Source: Candidatus Methylomirabilia bacterium
GTDB lineage: Bacteria > Methylomirabilota > Methylomirabilia > Rokubacteriales > CSP1-6
NCBI GenBank assembly: GCA_041497895.1
Contig: JBGQHJ010000100.1
Location: 1 to 18,189, forward strand
Direction: 5' to 3'
Length of the DNA: 18,189 nt
Under the pieces are notes generated by a model. That model had not been told where the DNA came from. It worked only from the letters and a program-made list of their open reading frames with translations, and made no database searches. Of the stretch, positions 6,727 to 12,329 are shown one piece after another. Each line of letters opens with the position of its first letter. The stretch's first letter is position 1. The translations under genes were made by a program, and so were the position numbers.

Positions 6727-8259
6727 ATGATCCTTCGCGCTCTCGTCCTGACTCTGGTCGCGTTTGCCGCCGCCCTATGGGGCCCCGCCGACGTGGCCGC
6801 CGGCCCGGAGGGCCAGATCACCTGGGGGGTGCATGTCTCGCTCGCCCCCACGTGGTTCGACCCCGCGGAGACCTCCGGCATCATCACGCCCTACATGGTC
6901 CTCTACGCCCTGCACGACGCGCTGGTGAAGCCGATGCCGGGCCAGCCCAAGGCCCCGGGGCTGGCCGAATCGTGGTCGGTCTCCAAGGACGGGCTGGTCT
7001 ACGAGTTCGTGCTGCGCAAGGGCGCGCTCTTCCACAACGGCGAGCCGGTCACCGCGGACGACGTGAAGTTCTCGCTGGAGCGCTACCGCGGGGCGGCGGC
7101 CAAGCTGCTGAAGGATCGCGTGGCCGCGGTGGAGACCCCCGATCCCCATCACGTGCGCATTCGCCTGAAGCAGCCCTGGCCCGACTTCCTCGCGTTCTAC
7201 ACCAACGCCACCGGCGCCGGCTGGATCGTGCCGCGCAAGTACGTGGAGAAGGTCGGTGACGAGGGCTTCAAGAAGGCGCCGATCGGCGCGGGGCCGTACA
7301 AGTTCGTGTCGTTCACGCCCGGCGTGGAGCTGGTGCTGGAGGCCTTCGACCAGTACTGGCGCAAGCCCCCGAGCGTGAAGCGACTGGTGTTCCGGGTGAT
7401 CCCCGACGAGACCACACGCCTCGCCGCGCTGAAGCGCGGCGAGGTGGACATCGCCTACTCGATCCGCGGCGAGCTGGCCGAGGAGATCCAGCGGACGCCC
7501 GGGCTGACGCTCAAGCCCGCGGTGATCCAGGCCCCATTCTGGGTCTACTTCGCCGACCAGTGGGATCCCAAGTCGCCGTGGCACGACCGCCGGGTGCGGC
7601 TGGCCGCGAGCCTGGCCATCGACCGGCCCTCGATCAACCAGGCGCTGACTCTCGGGCATTCGCTGCTGAGCGGCAGCATCATCCCGACCGCCTTCGACTA
7701 CTTCTGGCAGCCGCCGGCGCCGGCGTACGACCCGGCCCGCGCCAAGAAGCTGCTCGCGGAGGCCGGATATCCCTCGGGCTTCGACGCGGGGGAGTACTAC
7801 TGCGACACGTCTTACTCCAACCTGGCGGAAGCCGTGACGAACTCGCTCCAGCAGGTGGGAATCCGCACCGAGCTGCGTCCGCTCGAGCGCGCCGCCTTCT
7901 TCAAGGGCTACGCGGACAAGAAGTTCAGAAACCTCATCCAGGGGGCGAGCGGGGCCTTCGGCAACGCCTCCACCCGGCTCGAGGCCTTCGTCGCCGGCGG
8001 CGGCACGTACGTCTACGGCAGCTACCCGGACATCGACGGCCTCTTCCGGGAACAGGCCGCCGAGACGGATCCCGCGCGCCGTGAGTCGACCCTGCACCGG
8101 ATCCAGCAGCTGGTGCACGAGAAGGTGATCTACGCTCCGATCTGGCAGCTGGCCTTCCTCAACGGGGTGGGTCCGCGGGTCGGCGAGTCCGGCCTCGGGT
8201 TGATCCCGGGTCACGCCTACTCGGCGCCCTACGAGGACGTCACGCTGAAGGCCAAGTAG
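6727..8259 (+). CDS. ABC transporter substrate-binding protein, family 5 (DppA/OppA/NikA-like)
   Basis: RBS GGGAGG, ATG 6727 and a signal peptide. Motifs 'PGLAESWSVSKDGLVYEFVLRKGALFHNGEPVTADDVKFS', 'PIGAGPYKF', 'RLAALKRGEVDIA', 'DRRVRLAASLAIDR' and 'YDPARAKKLLAEAGY'. 510 aa. Confidence 0.95.
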   Translation: MILRALVLTLVAFAAALWGPADVAAGPEGQITWGVHVSLAPTWFDPAETSGIITPYMVLYALHDALVKPMPGQPKAPGLAESWSVSKDGLVYEFVLRKGALFHNGEPVTADDVKFSLERYRGAAAKLLKDRVAAVETPDPHHVRIRLKQPWPDFLAFYTNATGAGWIVPRKYVEKVGDEGFKKAPIGAGPYKFVSFTPGVELVLEAFDQYWRKPPSVKRLVFRVIPDETTRLAALKRGEVDIAYSIRGELAEEIQRTPGLTLKPAVIQAPFWVYFADQWDPKSPWHDRRVRLAASLAIDRPSINQALTLGHSLLSGSIIPTAFDYFWQPPAPAYDPARAKKLLAEAGYPSGFDAGEYYCDTSYSNLAEAVTNSLQQVGIRTELRPLERAAFFKGYADKKFRNLIQGASGAFGNASTRLEAFVAGGGTYVYGSYPDIDGLFREQAAETDPARRESTLHRIQQLVHEKVIYAPIWQLAFLNGVGPRVGESGLGLIPGHAYSAPYEDVTLKAK

Positions 8260-8834
8260 CCGAACACGAGGTGGGGCGGGAGGTAGAGCACGAGCGAGAA
8301 GGCGACGATCAGCAGGGCCAGGTAGAGCCTCGGCGGCAGTCGGCGCTGGGGCTTGCCGAGGCCGTGGACCCAGTTCACGTTCTCGGCCGGGTCGGTGAGC
8401 CAGTAGCTCACCGGCAGCACCACCAGCGCGAGCAGGCTCTGGTAGAGCCACGCGCGGCGGTCGTAGCCCAGCCGGTGGACCAGCCACACGAGCCCGATCG
8501 GCAGCGGCACGTGGAAGAGCGAGAGCGCGCGGAGGTGGCGGGGGATCCGCGCGTCGAACATGTAGGCGCTCATGCCGAACAAGCCGTGGCCGGTGAGCAG
8601 GCGGCCGAAGAAGTCGAGGTTCCAGGCGCACTCGGGCAACAGCACCGCCAGCATCATCATGCTGGCCAGCAGCGGGCTCTCGAGCCAGAGGGTGGCGCCG
8701 GTGACGAGCAGCGCGATGTCCGAGAACCAGAGGAAGTTCTTCGGCCCGTAGTGCGTCCAGTACACCGGCACCAGGACCGCGAGGAACAGGGTGTAGGCGA
8801 TCTTGATCCCGAGCGCGATCGACTCGCCGGGCAC
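8229..8834 (-). CDS. Integral membrane protein of unknown function (~6 TM)
   Basis: GTG 8834 lies 10 nt after the EthD-family stop. Hydrophobic segments with polar motifs 'NFLWFSDIAL', 'PE..W..DF', 'SLFHVPLP' and 'ENVNWVHG'. Overlaps the SBP 3' end by 31 nt. Confidence 0.8.
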   Translation of the reverse strand: MPGESIALGIKIAYTLFLAVLVPVYWTHYGPKNFLWFSDIALLVTGATLWLESPLLASMMMLAVLLPECAWNLDFFGRLLTGHGLFGMSAYMFDARIPRHLRALSLFHVPLPIGLVWLVHRLGYDRRAWLYQSLLALVVLPVSYWLTDPAENVNWVHGLGKPQRRLPPRLYLALLIVAFSLVLYLPPHLVFGYLAFSVTSS

Positions 8835-8844
8835 CGACCGCGCC

Positions 8845-9177
8845 CTAGCCCATGATGACCTTCTCGTCCACCACGAAGGTCTTGTTGGAGCCGATGAAGA
8901 GCGCGCCGTCGGCGTGCAGCGCGGCCATCTCGGGTGAGGCCAGCGCCCGCTCCATGCTGGCCCGGTCGTCGAACCAGAGCTCCGCGATGCCGTCCACCTG
9001 CACCGGCGAGGTCGGGATGTCGGGACGACGGAACTCCTCCAGGATGTGCGACTGCACGTAGCGCCGGAGGCCCGGCACCGGCCGCGCGAGCGGGGCGTGG
9101 ATCTCGAGCCAGTGGCGCGTGAACTGCTCCCGGCTCATGCCGTCCTTGCGGGTGAGCAGCGACACGCGCTTGATCAT
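8845..9177 (-). CDS. EthD family protein (dimeric alpha-beta barrel)
   Basis: True start is ATG 9177, an ATGA overlap with the upstream stop. 'MIKRVSLLTRKDGMSREQFTRHWLEIHAPLARPVPGLRRYVQSH...DGIAELWFDD'. 110 aa; this is the C-terminal third of track ORF 8845..9828. Confidence 0.9.
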   Translation of the reverse strand: MIKRVSLLTRKDGMSREQFTRHWLEIHAPLARPVPGLRRYVQSHILEEFRRPDIPTSPVQVDGIAELWFDDRASMERALASPEMAALHADGALFIGSNKTFVVDEKVIMG

Positions 9178-9863
9178 CGGCCGGGACCCGGCTCGAGCTT
9201 CGGCGTGATCCGCTTGAAGACGGCCGGCGAGCCCGCGTCGAGCCGCATGTGGTGGCGCACCCGGCGCGTCCACGGGTTCGCGTCGCGGACCCGGTTCCAC
9301 GCGGGGCTCTCGGGCACGTCGGGACGCTCGAACTCGTACACCGTCATGTACTTCGGCTGGCCCTCGACCGCCATGAACCGGCGGGCCCGGATCACCCCGG
9401 GCACCGTGAGGTAGTCCGGGACATAGACCCAGTTGTACCAGTCGTTCCACTCCTCCTCCATGTGCGCGGGGATGTCCATGCGCCCCATCTGCAGATACGG
9501 CGCCGGCCCCATGGTCAGCTCGATGGGGTTCGTGCGAGGGGGGAAGATCTGGCGGTAGCCGTTCAGCAGGTAGTTGCGGCCCACGTGGCCGCCGGAGGAC
9601 TGCTGGCGGCGCGCGGAGGGGCGGAACCGCACCTCGTCGAGGAAGGCGGCGGTGCGAAGCACGCTGGCCTCCTCGAGCTCGTACATCGCGAGGTACTTCG
9701 GCCCGCCGCGCAGGGCCTCGTAGCGGGCAGCGGACAGAAAACCGGGCACCTTCAGCAGCCGATCGAGGTGCTCCTCGTCGTACCAGCGATTGAACTCCGC
9801 CTCGTGCTGCGGGTCCACGTCGGTCCACAGCATCAGCAGGCCGGTGCCACGCGTCTTCGCCAT
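9174..9863 (-). CDS. Tandem DUF4286-like / EthD-related dimeric alpha-beta barrel protein (two internal repeats)
   Basis: RBS GGGGGAG and ATG 9863. Repeat 1 is 'EAEFNRWYDEEHLDRLLKVPGFLSAARYEALRGGPKYLAMYELE'. Repeat 2 is 'EEEWNDWYNWVYVPDYLTVPGVIRARRFMAVEGQPKYMTVYEFE'. 229 aa. Confidence 0.8.
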   Translation of the reverse strand: MAKTRGTGLLMLWTDVDPQHEAEFNRWYDEEHLDRLLKVPGFLSAARYEALRGGPKYLAMYELEEASVLRTAAFLDEVRFRPSARRQQSSGGHVGRNYLLNGYRQIFPPRTNPIELTMGPAPYLQMGRMDIPAHMEEEWNDWYNWVYVPDYLTVPGVIRARRFMAVEGQPKYMTVYEFERPDVPESPAWNRVRDANPWTRRVRHHMRLDAGSPAVFKRITPKLEPGPGR

Positions 9864-9896
9864 GCGCTCCCCCTTTGGATCGGCCGGACCGCGCCC

Positions 9897-9925
9897 TTGA
9901 CTCGACGGCCGGCCTCTCTCAGGAT
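9897..9925 (+). promoter_or_regulatory. Possible sigma70 promoter TTGACT-N17-CAGGAT for the SDR gene
   Basis: -35 at 9897-9902 with 17-nt spacing to a weak -10 at 9920-9925, in the divergent intergenic region. Confidence 0.35.
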
Positions 9926-9979
9926 TGGCGGCGGTCGACGTGAACGCGCCGACGATACGGCAGGGCGAGGGGAGACGCA

Positions 9980-10876
9980 ATGGGACTGCTCGACGGCAAG
10001 GTGGCGGTGGTGACGGGCGGCGGCACGGGCATCGGGCGCGCGGTTTCGATCGGCCTCGCGGCGGCGGGCGCGAAGGTGGTGGTCAACGACTACGGCGTCA
10101 GCGTCGACGGGATGGACCCCTCGAGCGAGCCCGCGAACCAGGTGGTGGCCGAGATCCGCCGAGCGGGTGGCCAGGCGGTGGCCGCCGCGGACAGCGTGGC
10201 CACCATGGCGGGCGGCCGCGCGGTGGTGGACCTGGCGCTGAAGGAATTCGGTGACCTCCACGTGCTGGTGTGCTGCGCGGGCATCCTGCGCGAGCGCATG
10301 ATCTTCAACATGAGCGAGGAGGACTGGGACGCGGTCATCGCGGTGCACCTGAAGGGCCACTTCACGGTGATGCAGCCGGCCACCCGCCACATGCGCGAGC
10401 GGCGGGCGGGCAGCATCATCACCTTCACCTCCACCGCGGGCCTCGAGGGCAGCCCCGGCCAGCCCAACTACTCGGCGGCCAAGGAGGGCATCGTGGGCCT
10501 CACCCGCTCCACCGCGCTCGCCATGGCGAAGTATGGCGTTCGCTGCAACGCGATCTCGCCGACCGCCGACACCCGCATGACCCAGCGCCTGCCCGGCGAG
10601 CGCCGCGGCGCCGCCACCGCGACCCCGCCCGAGGCCATCGCGCCGGTCGTCGCGTTCCTGGCCAGCGACCGCGCCGCCCACATCACCGGCCAGGTCATCG
10701 GCGTGCGCGGCAGCGAGGTGACCGTGTACTCGCACCCGGCGCCGCTGCGGACCGCGAGCACGCCCGGCGCCTGGACGCCGGAGACGCTCGCGGAGGTGTG
10801 GGACCGCGCGCTCGGCCAGGACCGCCTGCGCCGCCTCGACAGCATGAAGATCCCCTGGCCGCCCGCTCCCGCCTGA
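9980..10876 (+). CDS. Short-chain dehydrogenase/reductase (classical SDR, 3-hydroxyacyl-CoA dehydrogenase-like subgroup)
   Basis: Rossmann motif 'TGGGTGIG', 'VVVND', catalytic 'TS...NYSAAK' and 'RCNAISP'. RBS GAGGGGAG. Confidence 0.95.
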   Translation: MGLLDGKVAVVTGGGTGIGRAVSIGLAAAGAKVVVNDYGVSVDGMDPSSEPANQVVAEIRRAGGQAVAAADSVATMAGGRAVVDLALKEFGDLHVLVCCAGILRERMIFNMSEEDWDAVIAVHLKGHFTVMQPATRHMRERRAGSIITFTSTAGLEGSPGQPNYSAAKEGIVGLTRSTALAMAKYGVRCNAISPTADTRMTQRLPGERRGAATATPPEAIAPVVAFLASDRAAHITGQVIGVRGSEVTVYSHPAPLRTASTPGAWTPETLAEVWDRALGQDRLRRLDSMKIPWPPAPA

Positions 10877-11016
10877 GAACCGGCGCCCACCGGCTCCGGC
10901 CGTCGGACTGAGGTCCGGCCTGCCCACCGCAACTAAAATTGGCGGTGAACGGCGATCGACTGCGTATGCTGTCCGCCAACGGCACACTCGATCGACACGG
11001 TAAGGGAGGCGGCACC

Positions 11017-11871
11017 ATGACCCTGATCCGAATCGTCGCTGCGTCTGTTGCCACACCTCGGCCGCTCCCTCGGCTGGGAACCTTCGTGACCGGAGTCGTC
11101 GTGAGCCTGGGGCTCATGAGCTTGCCGACGGTCGCCGTGGCGGTGCCGATCTACACCACGAACTTCAATCTCACCGAGACGGTGATCTCCGAGGGAGGCC
11201 GGTGGTCGAACACCAGCCCCTCCTGGTCCAACGTGCAGACGAGCGGGGGCCTCGCCTTCGGCACGCAGACCGGGCTGGAGGTGTCGCCCAACTTCAACGA
11301 CTCGACCGCGCTCCTGTCGGGATTCTCGCCCAACGTGACGTTGTCCGCCGTCGTCCACGTCTCGTCGAACATCTCGGACGGGCAGACCCACGAAGTCGAG
11401 CTTCTGTTTCGGATGGCGCAGACGCCGACCACCACGCGCGGCTACGAGATGAACTTCGACACCGGCGGCAATGCGGCGCTCGTGCGGTGGAACGGCCCCC
11501 TGGGCGACTATACGTTCATCAGCCACGGGACCGGGAATCCCAACCCCCTCCAGGACGGAGATGTGTTCTCGGCCACCGTCTCCGGGAACGGGGTGTTCAA
11601 GGCCTTCGTGAACGGGATACTGGTTCTCTCGGCCACCGACTCGACCTTCCTGACCGGCCAGCCGGGCATCGGCTTCTTCATCAGAGACAGCGTGACCGCC
11701 AATGCGGAGTTCCAGTCTCGGTACGCGTTCACGTCACTCACGGCGACCGACGACACGCCCCTCGCCCCGGTGCCGGAGCCCGCGGCGATCGGACTCGTGG
11801 GAGCCATCATGACCCTGGCCGGGTGGTATGGCGCCAGGCGCACGAAGCGGGGGTACCAGCTCGGGTCGTGA
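11017..11871 (+). CDS. PEP-CTERM sorting-domain surface protein with a beta-rich (lectin/ConA-like?) domain
   Basis: RBS AAGGGAGG and ATG 11017. Long signal peptide ending 'AVA-VPI'. Ser/Thr/Gly/Asn-rich mature region. The C-terminus 'VPEPAAIGLVGAIMTLAGWYGARRTKR' is a PEP motif, TM helix and basic tail. 284 aa. Confidence 0.85.
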   Translation: MTLIRIVAASVATPRPLPRLGTFVTGVVVSLGLMSLPTVAVAVPIYTTNFNLTETVISEGGRWSNTSPSWSNVQTSGGLAFGTQTGLEVSPNFNDSTALLSGFSPNVTLSAVVHVSSNISDGQTHEVELLFRMAQTPTTTRGYEMNFDTGGNAALVRWNGPLGDYTFISHGTGNPNPLQDGDVFSATVSGNGVFKAFVNGILVLSATDSTFLTGQPGIGFFIRDSVTANAEFQSRYAFTSLTATDDTPLAPVPEPAAIGLVGAIMTLAGWYGARRTKRGYQLGS

Positions 11872-12002
11872 GAACCTGCCGCACCCCGGCCACCGGCTGC
11901 GAAGACCCGATCCCGCCTGTCCCCACCATCAGCCTCGACCTCGACCCGACGGCGTCCCCCGGTCCGTGGCGGCCCCATCAGCGAGCCCAGGAGGAGGAGC
12001 CC

Positions 12003-12329
12003 ATGAGCCAGATCTCGAGCCTGGACCCCCCGTCACTCCGACCCATGGCGGCGGCCCGCGGGTCGGCCGGCGCGGACGGCGAGCTTGCGGTCTCGCGCGG
12101 CCAGACGGTCGACGGCCCGGCGCCCGGCCGCATGCGGGTCGGGCCGTTCTCGCTGAGGCAGATCGTGGCCGCCGCCGTCGCGCAGGCGGAGGGCGAGGCA
12201 ATCCGACGCGTGCTCGGCGCCGAGCGCGGCGACAAGCGCCGGGCGGCGGGCGTCCTGTCCATCAGCTACAGCACGCTCCTCGCGAAGATGAAGCGCTACG
12301 GCATTTCCCCGCCGGCGTTCCCGCGCTAG
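12003..12329 (+). CDS. Stand-alone Fis-family (HTH_8) DNA-binding protein
   Basis: Strong RBS GGAGGAGGAG and ATG 12003. 'SLRQIVAAAVAQAEGEAIRRVLGAERGDKRRAAGVLSISYSTLLAKMKRYGI' matches the C-terminal HTH of NtrC/AtoC-type sigma54 activators. No AAA+ or receiver domain. 108 aa. Confidence 0.75.
   Translation: MSQISSLDPPSLRPMAAARGSAGADGELAVSRGQTVDGPAPGRMRVGPFSLRQIVAAAVAQAEGEAIRRVLGAERGDKRRAAGVLSISYSTLLAKMKRYGISPPAFPR

Noticed and set aside
6775..8631. 618-aa minus-strand ORF, and similar long antisense ORFs at 12935-15010, 15085-17394 and 9833-11056
   Set aside because: These are shadows of well-supported genes on the opposite strand, expected at this GC content, with no recognisable domains.
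10902..10919. Hairpin GTCGGAC-TGAG-GTCCGGC after the SDR stop as an intrinsic terminator
   Set aside because: Short stem with a G-U pair and no adjacent U-tract, so insufficient support.
10939..10996. Possible sigma54 (-24/-12) promoter upstream of the PEP-CTERM gene (TTGGCGG..., CGGCAC...)
   Set aside because: Neither candidate has GC exactly 10 nt after the GG. Only a TATGCT -10-like box at 10965-10970, without a well-spaced -35, is visible.
11932..11950. Short tandem CCTCGA/CCCGA repeats in the PEP-CTERM to HTH spacer
   Set aside because: Too short and low-complexity, with no regular repeat-spacer period. Not a CRISPR or iteron array.
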